DNA of 42,998 bases. Source: Catajapyx aquilonaris (lineage: Eukaryota). The notes beneath the pieces were generated by a model that worked only from the letters and a program-made list of their open reading frames with translations, ran no database searches and was not told where the DNA came from. The position numbers and the translations under genes were made by a program. This document shows positions 24,220 through 40,113 of this stretch, piece by piece. The DNA lies in the NCBI GenBank assembly GCA_000934665.2, contig KZ538878.1:1-42998 (forward strand), in the 5' to 3' direction. Positions within the stretch are counted from its first letter, which is position 1; each line of letters begins with the position of its first letter.

Positions 24220-26810
24220 TATTATGCAATTATGTTGTAATTATTTTTCAGTGTGGCTCGCAGCAACACGTGCCGAGTTGGCATAAATCACATCCCGCAG
24301 ATCCGTGAAATTTTTTATTTTTAATTCAGGAAATCTCAATTGTCAATATAATTTTTAACTCAACAAATACGGCTTCGGTAGGAAAAAAATTATTTTTTAA
24401 AAGTTATTTTTTTCTCTCCAGCACTTATTGTCACCTTGAATGGAAATGAGAAGCATAAATAAAAATTTAAGTTCTTTCTCTCTCTTGCTCAGCAGCATTG
24501 CATATATACATTCAGACACATGCAATCTCAACATGTGGTGGGTTGGGGGAGGGGCGGGGGGGGGGGGGGGGGGAGAGAGAGAGAGAGATTGNGGGGGATC
24601 TCAAAAAATAATTATTATAATTTAAAAAAAATTGCAATTTGCTCACTTGGCAAAAACACTCTTATTGTGTTAGGTTTTTAAATTGTGATATGGAAGGGGA
24701 AACGGAGAGGATTTGTGGGTGGGGGGGAAGGAAAAATTGTTCAGTTAATAATTACCTGTACTGTACATGACAAGAAATTGCGTCCGGGGACGCAGGAGAT
24801 CAGAAAATGGCGATTTATCTCATCTTAACAATATGTATACAAGGGTCATTAAAAAATTGGTTTTGCAATTATTTTTTTAAAATCATCTAACACTGATTTT
24901 TATACTGGAACCACCTTCGCCTATTTAGAAGTAGATTTTTTTTTTAAACTCGTTTACATTGCGTTGTCCAAGTCTACACCTATATTTTTTTTAAACATGA
25001 CACATTTAGTTTCTTAAATTTAAAAAAAAAGGAAAAACAAACAAAAAAAAAAAATAACTGAACATTTTGTCATTACAGGTGGATAAAACGCAGGTACAGT
25101 TTTCAGTCCAATCTACCTAAACGGTAGGTCATGCAAATTACGATTAAAATTTTTACAAAACATTTTTTTTTCAGCCAAACAATATTCTTCAAGGATTAAT
25201 TAATTCGTGTGGTGTTCTCTGGTTCGCAGTGTTTGCAAATTAGCCCCAGATTTTAATCACTAAATTTTTCCCGCAACGGCAAAAACTTGTCTCTCGCACT
25301 TTACCAACAACGTTCAAAACGAATATCCGGCGTAATACTGACAACCACACACACATCCATTATGCTCTATATTACTCTCCATATTTTGCACATCATTCAG
25401 ATGTTATATTGCAGATGAGATATTGCATTTTCTTTTTTTAATCTGTAAAAAAAAAATGCAGATTTCACTCCTTGATTGTACAAAAAATTCAATACTAAAT
25501 TGATCATTAGTTTGGGAGGGGTTTGGAATGGGTTTGGGGAAAAGGAAAGGTAAATGAATAAAAAGGGGCGGGGTTAACGAGGGTTTGGGAGAAATAAATT
25601 CAATTAATTAATTAATATGCGGGGAGGGAAAGGGGGATTTAACAAATATACAATGTCATGACTTACATGAGACTGGAAAACCTGTTTCCATTTTTTTTTT
25701 TACACAGCAAGTAATTATCACTTGAAATGTAAATAACACAATTAAAACAAAAGTTTAAAAAAAAAAAATGAAACTGCTCAGCAGCACAAAATGGACACAG
25801 AAGTAGGGCCAAAAAAAAAGGAAGTCAATTACATGAATTGATAAATGCTACTGACTTTACATAACTAGGCAGTAATTACAAAGTTCGATATTATTATTAT
25901 TATTATTATTAATTTTTTTTTAAATCCATGATAATTTTTTCTCTCATATTTTCCCACTTTTTTGGAGGATTTCCACACATCTAAACACACACAATAGCAA
26001 TGTAAACATCTGGTTGACTTCACAAATTTTTTCTCTTTTTTCTCTTTTTTTAAATCTCTCCCGTGCTCTCTTGTCGTCATTCTAAGAACATGCAAACATC
26101 CACCAAAAAAGAAAAGAAATAATGAAAAGAAGAAACCTGAACAATGATTTGTTTGTTGTACTATATGCATATACACCCAGCCAGAAAAACTCTTCGAGAA
26201 AAAAAAAACAACACTCATTCCGCTTTCCTCCTTTTCTCTTCGCAAATTCCGTCTCCTCGTTTCACTGTTTGTCACACTTTTTCTCCGTGCAACGCAGTTC
26301 CTTCCTGCACATATTTCCTTTTCCTTCACTCCGTTGCCTTCTTTCATTTGTATATAAGGAATATTTTTTGTGATTCGCTTCTTCATCTCACACTGGTTTT
26401 TTTTTCTTCTTGTTCACTGGCTCCTGTTTCTCATGTTGGTTTGTTGTACTCCACATTACAGCAAAAGTCTTGGTCGACACTCGTGTGTGCCTCAAAGCAG
26501 ACTGGACAAAAGTTGATTGGATTGAGGATGGGGGGTGAAGGATGTTAAAAAATATAAATAAGTATGTTTTTTTTTAATTTAAAAAAAGAGAAGAAAACAG
26601 CCTCTTTAGTAAATCGAAATAAAAACCGCATTTTTCCTTTCCTACTATATTCTTTCCGAAACACGTTTGACAAGCATGCGATTCAGAGGCTGTCACTATG
26701 ATGATAAGGTAAGGTAAATTTTGGATGGAGCGTCACAGATGTATGAGGATGAGGGTGAAAAAATATTTAAAAAAAGAGTGGGGGGCGGGTGCTGTCCCTT
26801 GCACACATTT

Positions 26811-26896
26811 TCACATCTGGAACACCTGACCTGCGTGTTTGATGTCCGAGTCCGACAAGAGGCGGTACCTTCCAACCCTTCGTTCCGCTGATTCAA
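26811..26896 (-). CDS. PTEN: Candidate distal alternative last coding exon of PTEN (VESAERRVGRYRLLSDSDIKHAGQVFQM*)
   Basis: A strong acceptor CTCTTCCCCCTTTCACCAG| matches the phase-1 donor TCAG|GTGAGT at 32108. About 5.5 kb of U-rich UTR-like sequence follows, with minus-strand AATAAA at 21278-21283. Confidence 0.55.
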
Positions 26897-27391
26897 CTGG
26901 TGAAAGGGGGAAGAGGAGGACAGGAATACACCAAAAATCAGTCACGTCTCTTTTCTCAATAGTGTGTAAATTTTGACTGGCACTTTTTTTTTTTCCACTC
27001 AATTTGAAAAAAACTTTCATACTTGCTAGCGCCCCCGTTCTAAGGTCTGCAAAATGAGGAATATGTCCCGCATGGCCACACAATAGCATCACTAGTGTCA
27101 CGGAAAAAAATGAGTATTTATAAAAACTCGGCCAGCGGAGAAAAATTTATTGGAGCTTTTAACAGGAAGTGGCATAACCCAATCGTTTTTTGGCGGCCAC
27201 CACAGTCAAAAAATTTCCAGCAAGTGTCTTACACACTCCAACAATGCCGTAAGTCGGATGTGATTTCAAATAATTTTGCCAAACTTTCAAATGTACGTAC
27301 ACGTGAGTGTATATGAAACTTTCATTATCGTTAGCATAGAGTGAAAAATGCCTTACATTCCTCCCAATTAAATTTTAGTGCTTACACCTTA

Positions 27392-27597
27392 AAGCCGCGT
27401 TTACCTGCGAGCGATTTGCAATAATGATTGATTGGGGTAAAAATATATATTGTTACCACCACTGGTACTTTCGCTGGGCAATGTACTTTTATCGCTCAAG
27501 AAGGTGACACTGAAACCAAATGAAAAAAATCGTTTCCATCATTTTGAGCGATACAGTACCGTACATCCCTGAAATCGCTCGCATGTACATGCTGCTT
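27392..27597. mobile_element. MITE related to 14091-14164
   Basis: AAGCCGCGTTTACCTGCGAGCGATTT / AAATCGCTCGCATGTACATGCTGCTT. Confidence 0.55.
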
Positions 27598-28590
27598 GAG
27601 GGCAGTATTCAGAGGACAAATGTCAAGTTTAATTTTTTTAAAATTGTTAATTAAAAACATGGCCAATATATGCAGTGCGATTAATGCTGAACAGAGGCAT
27701 GATTCCTGTTCTCACCTGACAAAAAGCACACGACACACACACACACACAAAAAAAAAAAAGTTCACAAACACGTGATCATCAAATACACAATAAGTGCTT
27801 GGGAAGTTTTCAAACAAAAAAAAAATCGGACAGAAAAGTGCTAGAATAGTACAGCCAACTTTTTTTTCTTTTTCTTCTTCTCATTTTTCAAGGAAGAACA
27901 CATCAGTGAAGCGGTTGGTTACACAACGCATGCCGTGTCAAAAAATGTGTAACAAGCAAAATTCACATAACGCTATCCTCGTATGTGAAGAGACTACATG
28001 CTAGGTTGCAGAACATGTCAAGGAAAACTGTTCGTGGTGGCAACTGGTTTCAAAAATATTTTACACCCCCTTCAAGACAACTCCCTCTTGAAGGATATTC
28101 ACATAAATAATACAAAAAACACAAATAAACAAACTTGCACAAAGGAAAAAAAAAAAGAGAGACAGCTGCCGTTGTACTGAACATAATGCCGTCGTCAACA
28201 ACACTGCTTTATTCCCAGCCAGACTTTTTAATGCCACTTAACATGGTTCACAACCACAATTTCTCAATCAAACGAACAACGAAAACGGCCACAATCACTC
28301 CTCAAACGCACTCCACACATGTGAAGGGACAGTTCATAGAAAAATCAGGTACACAACAGGTACAAATCACACTCAGCGGTAGGCATCAGTGCTGCGTTAT
28401 ATTTTTCACACTGTAACCGGGGGAGGGCGGTGAGTCCAGAAGCCGAGGTCAAAATTCTGGTTGCGACTATGGCTCTGTTGACAAGGAACAAGTTCTGAAG
28501 TCGGGAATACTTCCATATAGCTGAATCAGCACACCTAATGCGATGCCAATTAAAGGAACTCGAAGTCTCCAAACAACAGAACCAGTGCAA

Positions 28591-31351
28591 TGTACTATTG
28601 ACCGCAAAAGTAATGTCGCGACTGTTTATGTGCTTTTGTGTTTATGTGTTGGTAATCCTGGGCGCTGCCAGGTTACGGACATGTTTATTTGGCGATGTTC
28701 CGGAATCCACAACACTCTGCTCAACGGTCACGGCCGCGGTCCCTTGGGCGCACTGTCCCGCAAGTGGCCGCACTGTCCGGGTCGCTGTTTGAGAGCGCCG
28801 CTACTTATTCGTGCAACTTATTTCTAGTTGGGTAATTCCATGTGAGATTGTGAGATCATACAACTATGTTCACCAGACTTTTTTTTTTTAGAAAATCTCA
28901 ATTTGGCACTTCGGATCGTATTTTGTCAAGATCACAGGGACATATTTATAGGTCACGAGAAATGACGAGGTCAAAATGGGAACTTTTCTATTCTGATGTT
29001 TACAATATTATTTAAACCGATAATTTCTCTAATTATGCGTCCCACACACATGCAAAATGGGGCTTAATATTCTACAAGGTACCGGTAACGCCGAATCCGC
29101 AGATAACCTCCAAAAAATTCTACTATTAAAATAACGTGTCATTTTGGTAGTTCATATCTCTTCAGTGATGCAAGTTTCATTTTTGCCCTCGTATGAGGGT
29201 CCGAGATATAAAATACAGTAAATAAGGATGCGCCACTTCTGCCCTTTTGCTCGCAACATTGCGAAATTGCGTGACCCTTGACGTGACGACCCGCACAGAG
29301 TCGAATTTTACGAAGTTTTTGGGAGTAATCCGCTACTCATAACCTTTTAGTGGTATGCATTTTCCATTGTTGTGTTCGTTATAGGGTCCGAGACATAAAA
29401 TAAATAAGGTGGCCGACTGGGTCATTCTATGACAAGGTGGCCAAGTTGGTGGCTCGGCCATCTCAGAATGTATTGTTGTAACCTCATTCTATTATACGCA
29501 TATCAAATGAACAGCCGTGAAATGAGGAACATTTTGGAAGCAACCGTTTTAACCTAGAGCGTAAAATGGAAATACTAAAAAATTCCCAATCCTGAAATGT
29601 CCGTTTTTCCATCATTTGGTCATCCCCCCCCCCCCCTTATGTGACACTGGGCAAATTTTAAATTACACGTGTTAAAATAAGCGTCATGTCATGCTTGACC
29701 TTATTTATTTAAGAAAGGTTCAGTTCCCCTGAGCGCATCACCAGCAGAAAATCTCTTAAATTCAGCACCAAGATGACCAAATGATGGAAAAAATGACATT
29801 TCAGGATTTATTATTTCCAAGACTGCTAGACTTGTGATGTTGTCCTTCTCCAGGGGTAATGAGTAGATGACCTTGTACTCACCACATTAATTTCATACTC
29901 TCAGCATACGGGTAACAATTTCATTGGAAGACCTGAAATGTGCCCTTTTTGCACAACAATGGTTTTAGTATTTCCATTTTACGCTCTAGGTTAAAACGGT
30001 TGCTTACAAAATGTTCCAGCCTCATCTCACGCCCGTTCATTTGATATAACTTACGTATAATATAATGGGGTTACAACAATACATTCTGAGATGGTCGAGC
30101 CACCAACTTGGCCGCCTTGTTATAGGGAACGGATATCTTAGAGTGAACAGACACGCCCCCCTGGGCGAACCAATGGGATCGCCTGTATTAGAGTGAACAG
30201 ACACGCCCCCCCGGGCGAACCAATGGGATCGCCTGTATGACCGTGCGTCACAGTAAGGTTGCCAGGTGAAATACATAAATGTAATTGACGGTGTATTTTA
30301 AAAAGGAATTCGGCCGATATCAATTATTTGGTTCTGACATAATTTATGAACACTAAAGCATTATTTAGAATAGCGTTATTAGTTACTAACGCGAAAAATT
30401 AAAATCAGCAACCTTGCCACATGGGGACTACTTTCAAGGCGAGAGACAAAAGAGCATCGAGATCCGTGCCCGCGTAATTTCGAAGCATCGTTCGAATCCA
30501 AGGCAACGGTGTTCGAATATATTCTTTTCACTTCTTTTCGGCGCGCATAAGCACCATCGGAATAAGTTGTCCGCCTCTGGCGGAGAGATACATGTTGTCA
30601 TGGTGCCATAGTGGTGGGGGAGGGAGGAGAGAAGTTTGTTTGGGGGCGGGGCCATGGGCCCAGCAGTTCACTCTAAGAAATCCATTGCCTTTATCTAGAA
30701 TGACCCAGACGCACCTGGCCACCTAATTATTTACTGTATTTTATATCTCGGACCCTAATACGAAGGCAAAAATGAAACTTGCACCACTGAAGGGATATGA
30801 CCTGCCAAAATGACACGTAAATTTAATCGCAGAATTTTTTTGGAGGTTATCTGCCGGTTCGACGTTACCTTGTAGAATATTTAGCCCCATTTTGCATGTG
30901 TGTGGGACGCATAATTAGAGAAATTATCGGTTTAAATAATATTGTAAACATCAGAATAGAAAAGTTCCCATTTTGACCTCGTCATTTCTCGTGACCTATA
31001 AATATGTCCCTGTGATCTTGACAAAATACGATCCGAAGTGCCAAATTGAGATTTTCTAAAAAAAAAAAAAAGTCTGGTGAACATAGTTGTATGATCTCAC
31101 ATGGAATTACCCAACTAGAAATAAGTTGCACGAATAAGTAGCGGCGCTCTCAAACAGCGACCCGGACAGTGCGGCCACTTGCGGGACAGTGCGCCCAAGG
31201 GACCGCGGCCGTGACCGTTGAGCAGAGTGCTGTGGATTCCGGAACATCGCCAAATAAACATGTCCGTAACCTGGCAGCGCCCAGGATTACCAACACATAA
31301 ACACAAAAGCACATAAACAGTCGCGACATTACTTTTGCGGTCAATAGTACA
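28591..31351. mobile_element. 2.76-kb non-autonomous foldback element with ~630-bp terminal inverted repeats
   Basis: 28591-~29225 is the reverse complement of ~30727-31351 (outer ~470 bp almost identical). Termini TGTACTATTGACC / GGTCAATAGTACA flanked by CAA/CAA. Inner inverted pairs; no transposase ORF. Confidence 0.9.
30138..30238. repeat. 50-bp tandem duplication inside the foldback element
   Basis: TTAGAGTGAACAGACACGCCCCCC(T/C)GGGCGAACCAATGGGATCGCCTGTA x2. Confidence 0.9.
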
Positions 31352-32099
31352 CAAGAGCCAAATGTTGGGTCCACAACACACAATTAAAAATTTGGAAAGT
31401 TCCAAGCAGATCAAGTAAGGGGGTCAAACTGGCAAAATTCCTCGATGGAAATATATAAACACGAGGCTGAAAAATGCGGGTTAACTGCCACACAATTCTG
31501 CATTATTAACAAAAAATATATTCATTCGGGAGGGGACTTTAAATCTTCTTACTTTGCAGGTTCGGCATCAGGGTCGTCACAAGCGCTTTTAACATTCCGA
31601 TCTTTTGGCTTTTCTTCTAAGCTTCGTCAAGCGACAATTTGATCAATTTCGGTCACGTGGTCGATATATTTCATTCACGGCCGACTCAAAATCTTCCAAC
31701 GCATCTGAACTCCATGACTCATGGGCTGAATAAAATGCATTATTATTATCATCATCATCCTAATTATTGAATTATTACCATCATCGTCCTAATTATTGAA
31801 TTAATGAGTAGAAATTTTGCTACAACATTTCAAGGCAATTTAAGACTGTACAAGGCAGATTAAACGTAATTTCTCACATACTTGCACATTGAATCTCAGA
31901 ATTTTATAAAATAATATGCGAGAGCTGCAATTACGACACTTCGTATTTCTAACGATGCGACCCCTCCTAAAAAATAAAGAGTTGAAAAACATCACCTAGC
32001 ACCTAGGCCCACCTCTGCGTAGACAGACACACCCGCACACTCACACAATGGAAGGTTTCGGAAGATTTGAAGCTTGTGTCTGAAGCGAGTTTTAACTTG

Positions 32100-35261
<3,162 letters not shown>

Positions 35262-35984
35262 CCTCAGGCACTGCGCCACTGCTGGACCCTTCCCACCACT
35301 GCACACCCGCACCCTCCTATTCCCAACAGCCGCACCACCTTCCGCCGATGCCGCCTCTTCTCCACCACCCTGCAAACACAATAAAACTATGGTTACGTAC
35401 TCTCCCACAAACCCACCAACGCATGTACACTAATTGTTGTCGCCATGACACAAATGAATCGTTAACATTCAAGATGCCAATCCCATTACCTCCGTTTCTG
35501 CAGTAGACTTGCTTTTTTTTCCCCCAGGGGGAAGTACTGTGCGTACATACGCACGCAACCAATCTGTACGAAAATCAAGTTTCAAGTGTTGTTCAAAACT
35601 ATCCAGAGAGGTTATTTACTAAGGGTAGTCCGTGTAAGGTCCGTACACTGAGGTAGTCTGGGATAGTTCAAGGTTAGTCCAGGATAGTCCGAAGTAGTCT
35701 GGGATAGTCGAAGGGATAGTATGTGTAGTCCTTGTATAAGCAAAATTTGTAAGTGAATAACCCCTGGAACTCACCACCACTTCTTCAGCCTCGTTGTTGT
35801 TGTTGCAGTGGTTGTAGCTGAGGACTCTCGGCCATGGATGTCCCCTACCACTGCTTCCTCCGCCACTCCCGCCGCAGCCACCACCTCGCTCCTCCTCATC
35901 TGCCAGGTTGCCTGACTTGCCCGCCACCGGGTTGCTTCCAATGTCTGACACTGAATTGTTGTGGCACGAAAACCATGCGCCCAT
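35262..35984 (-). CDS. PTEN: Putative 106-aa in-frame N-terminal extension of PTEN (coding 35984-35775 plus 35369-35262), starting MGAWFSC
   Basis: The ORF from ATG 35984 runs 70 codons to a GTG|GTGAGT donor (phase 0). The TTTGCAG| acceptor at 35369 opens 36 stop-free codons in frame with ATG 35261. Confidence 0.7.
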
Positions 35985-37360
35985 AAAACGCTGTCAGGCC
36001 TGCGACCTCCAAGTGTTGGCCTCGCCACCACTGGCCGGCGAGACCGGCGGGGGAGGTGACCCCCCTTTTGTCTTTCTTGGGTGGTGGTGGTTGGCTTGTG
36101 GCACAGTGCGCGTAATGAAAGGGAGGCACAGAATCAAGGAGGTCGATGCCTCCTCTTCCTCCATCATCCAGGACCAGCAAGCTGTGGTTGGCAGGGTTTG
36201 AGTCACTTCAGGAGACGGGGGGGAGGTTGGGGGGGAATGACTTAGCTAATGCAAAGAGTTACGTACGAGTTATTCACACTCAGTCACTGGGTGAGGTCAT
36301 GGAGCCGCTGTCCTGGAAAATCAAAGCGACTCTAAGTACATGTAGCACTATTTACTTTTGCAACTTAATTTTAAAATAATTAAAATCACGCTGGAATACC
36401 GCCTCAATAATGTACTTCCAATTATCCGTGAGTCACCAAAACAAAGAAAAATAAATGCAAGTCCCAAAAAAATGTTAAATATGGCTTGCAAACAAAGAAA
36501 TATAACAGACTTTTGCCGGAAGACAAATTAAAAAATGCGTGGGAAGTTTCATTTTTTAAAATTAAACCTTATTTACAGTGGTGTACAAAACGTGCAATAG
36601 TTCATTAAAAACCTCCACTTTTACAGCATCCAGAACCATTTTTTGATTAAATCCATGTTTTCCGATTAGCCGGCAACACCTGCGTATTCATTAGCCTGAA
36701 TAATCAAGAGTACAGTGTACTTCAATATGCATAATTACACAAACAATGAGAGCAAATATTAAGCAAACACATTACTAACACTTCCACCAATCTTGTAATC
36801 ACCATTTGAACTTCAAAGGGGATTGAGAGCCCTCAAACTACTATTAAAACACTTAACACCCATGTAATTGGTGTTAAACACACTTCAAAAGTGATATGCC
36901 ACACAGTTGGTGGACGTATGCCAAGAGAAAAATTGAAGTCCCAAGATTATGTCAAAATCTCTCGATTACATAATATTCCGCTGGTTGTCATGCATGTTTC
37001 TCTCCCTCCCAGACATTGATAAGGTGCGGCTTAATAAACTTGATAATCACGCAACATTTCAGTTTCCCTCGAGATAATTTTTTTCAGCCGCCAAAGGTTT
37101 CGTGTTATTAATCAAAATAGCTCGTTCGCATTTAATTACCTCTTCTCTGAAGTGTCAATAAGAAATAACAGACAATAAAAAAATGAGGAGATGAGAATAA
37201 AAATAACGCTCTTCTAATTATTGCCCTCTGCAATTATTATGCAGCCTTACAAAATATCACTATTCTATACTCAGGGTTACATAGCAAACTGATAAGTAAT
37301 TAACATTTCCATCAGGATAATGTATCATTTTGTACAAACATTCTCCTCGTGTTTCACTGC

Positions 37361-37859
37361 CTACTATCCGATTTTTTAATATTGACCATTGTGTTTGACT
37401 CTTAAATAACTCCCAAGAAAATGGTCCAAAAAAATAGCATTATACACCCTCCCGACGCAGGTGAAAGGAAAGTTCCCCAGGCGGGGAACGAACCTGGGGC
37501 CTTTCACTCAGCAAGCCGAGACGTTACCATCTCGGCCACCACACCTCCCCTTTACAATATATCATTAGATTGACAAAGATTTGCACTATCCAGGGTTCAC
37601 AGGGGTAATATTTTGGCCTCCGAGAAGTGTCATAAAAAATTCATTTTGTGGCGTAACATCGGCAACTAGTCAAAAAATGACATCTTTCCGTGTTCTTCTA
37701 GCGATAAAAATTACACAATGAAAATAGGTAAACAACTTGCATATGTGTAGATTTAAACCAGCTTTCTCATGATGCAAAACGTTATTTTTTTTGGACCATT
37801 TTCCTGGGAGTTATGTAGAGTCAAACATAGGGGCCAATATTTAAAAATTGGATAGTAAG
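37361..37859. mobile_element. Diverged TIR element (~80-bp arms) with an internal tRNA-like segment
   Basis: TACTATCCGATTTTTTAATATTG...TGTTTGACTCT...ATAACTCCCAAGAAAATGGTCCAAAAAAATA is inverted at ~37780-37857. Confidence 0.75.
37470..37550 (-). mobile_element. tRNA-derived SINE head or tRNA-like fragment
   Basis: A box TGGCCGAGATGG and B box GGTTCGTTCCC on the minus strand; stems do not pair as a functional tRNA. Confidence 0.6.
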
Positions 37860-39301
37860 ACCCTAAGTACTACAACTAGCTCAAGTTTCCCAAAAATTTG
37901 AAGTGTGCTTTAACTTTTGCACAATGCTTGTTATAAATTTATTATCAATTGAAAGTATCGTTTGTTTCCAAGCCAAATCAAGAACGATAATTACCTTTCA
38001 TTAGTTACGATACAATTTTGATTTCTTCAAGCCTTATAATGGAGACTTTGTACTGCAAACAATATTTATTTTAAACAATGGCCGTTGTAATTAATTACAA
38101 CAAAACCTCGGTTCATCGCTTTTGTCGGGACTGCTGAAGAAAAAAGGTGGATTTGATAAAACCAGAAAACAATGTAAAAAAATATGGTAATTAATATTCC
38201 CATGTGGCTTCACATTACTGAAAAACTCTATTTCAATTATTACATGTGCTGTAATATTTTTGAGTAATCATACAAACTACTCCATGAATATAACAACTGG
38301 CCTGTAACTCGAGCACGGGTCTATCAACCTCCCTCAAACCACCACCAAAAATAACTCTAGATATCTGCAGTGCATCTGCACAGAAAGGAAACCTGTCGGA
38401 ATGGTCTCTAGGTTTACCACTACGATACAACCTTATCACAATCACCACACACCAAACCCACAAGAATCTGCAAAATTTGGTTACTGTTTAGTTATAACGT
38501 GAACTGCTCATGGCAATCATGACTCTTCATGCAGTGTCGAGTCTCATCTGTAAATACTTTGTGTTAAGTGTGTCTAATACACGTTTGTATGTACACTGTA
38601 CGCCCAATTATCTGTGCTAATGAATGCACGGATATGCCTGGACAATCAGAAAACATGGATAATTAAAAAAGGTGATAGACACCATAAAAATGAGCTATTC
38701 ACATCATTTTAATGAGCCACTGTATACATACTGCACACTGCTTTAAATAAAATTCATTGAAATTAATAAAACCACAGATTTTTAGTTCGACTTGGAACAA
38801 AAAGGCTGCTATATGTTTGTGAGACATTATTTCAAAATTGGTATTTCTAATTTTTTGGGGCAATGCATGGATAATCCGCACCCAATAATCAGCACTGTGT
38901 CAACTGCTTATGACTCTCCACGCACTGTTGAGCCTTATCCACGTAAAGTATGTGTATTATGTAAGCACATATTATCGGCACAGAATTGGGTACGGATACG
39001 ATTGTCAATGGTCAGCCTACACCCAGTGTCTGGACAATTTCCATGCCGATACTGGGTCTGTATGTATTGTACTTGTTCGTAGCACATGGCTCTCCGCACG
39101 ACCTTGATCCTAATTTTGCCAATACAGTAAAACCCCGATTATCCGTCACCCTCGGATAACCAAAAAGGTCGGATAATCCGAGGAGCGAAGAAAGCTTGAA
39201 TGAAACACAATTATATGTATAAAAACATGAAATAATGTACAATATCATGGTTTTCTAAGAAATAGTCAAATATGTGTCTTTTACATGCACACACTGCTGT
39301 A

Positions 39302-39642
39302 GAGTGCTGGACAAATTAGCAGTCGCTGAATGTTTTATTTCGGCGGCGACGGCGGCGGCATTATTTGGCAACCCCGTCCGGCGGGCCAATTCAAACATCA
39401 GTCCATGGAGAGCGCTTCCATTGTTGCCACTGTTTACAAATCGAGTGAGTGAGTGCGCAGTCAGAAGAGACCCGTTGCTGGGTCGTCCGCGTCACTCGTT
39501 TGATTTGTAAACAGTGGCAACAATGGAAGCGCTCTCCATGGACTGATGTTTGAATTGGCCCGCCAGACGGGGTTACCAGGTAACGCCGCAGCCGCCTCTG
39601 CCGGAAAAAAACATTCAGCGACGGCTATTATGTCCAGCACTG
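39302..39642. mobile_element. Tc1-like hairpin MITE
   Basis: TA|(G)AGTGCTGGACA...TGTCCAGCACTG|TA; ~145-bp arms with a perfect core of more than 50 bp (GGCGGGCCAATTCAAACATCAGTCCATGGAGAGCGCTTCCATTGTTGCCACTGTTTACAAATC). Confidence 0.85.
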
Positions 39643-39809
39643 TATGTACTACTGGCACAGAATATGGTACAGACACTTGAACGATCAGTCTACCCCCCAA
39701 CTGTCCAAACCACTTCCATTCCAATAGTACATGTGTAACTATTGTACTTGTCAGGACATGGATCTTCGTACGACCTTGAACCAAATTTTGCAAATACTAA
39801 TATACGAGA

Positions 39810-40113
39810 TGTGATTATGTATGCAGTATGTGTATGAAAATGTGTATGTACTGTGTATGAGCGTATGTGTATGACTGTACTGCATATGTATGTATGACTA
39901 TGTACTGTGCATATGTGTACATATGGGTGTACTGTATATGTATGTATGACTGTATGTACTGTGCTTGAGTATATGTGTACGTACGACTATGTACTGTGTG
40001 TGAGTATATGTGTATGTGTGACTACTGTATATGTATGACTGTACTGTGTATGTATGTATGACTGTATGTACAGTGCTTGTATGACTGTACTGTGTGTGTG
40101 TGTGTGTGTGTGT
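39810..40113. repeat. Degenerate TATG/ACTG/TG low-complexity repeat
   Basis: Runs of GTAT, ACTGT and (TG)n. Confidence 0.85.

Noticed and set aside
28538..28827. ORFs duplicated at 31115-31414
   Set aside because: They lie in the foldback arms and begin in unrelated flanking DNA; not a gene duplication.
37470..37550. Functional tRNA gene (also considered for 14500-14575)
   Set aside because: A and B boxes are present but acceptor and anticodon stems do not pair properly; SINE-type heads.
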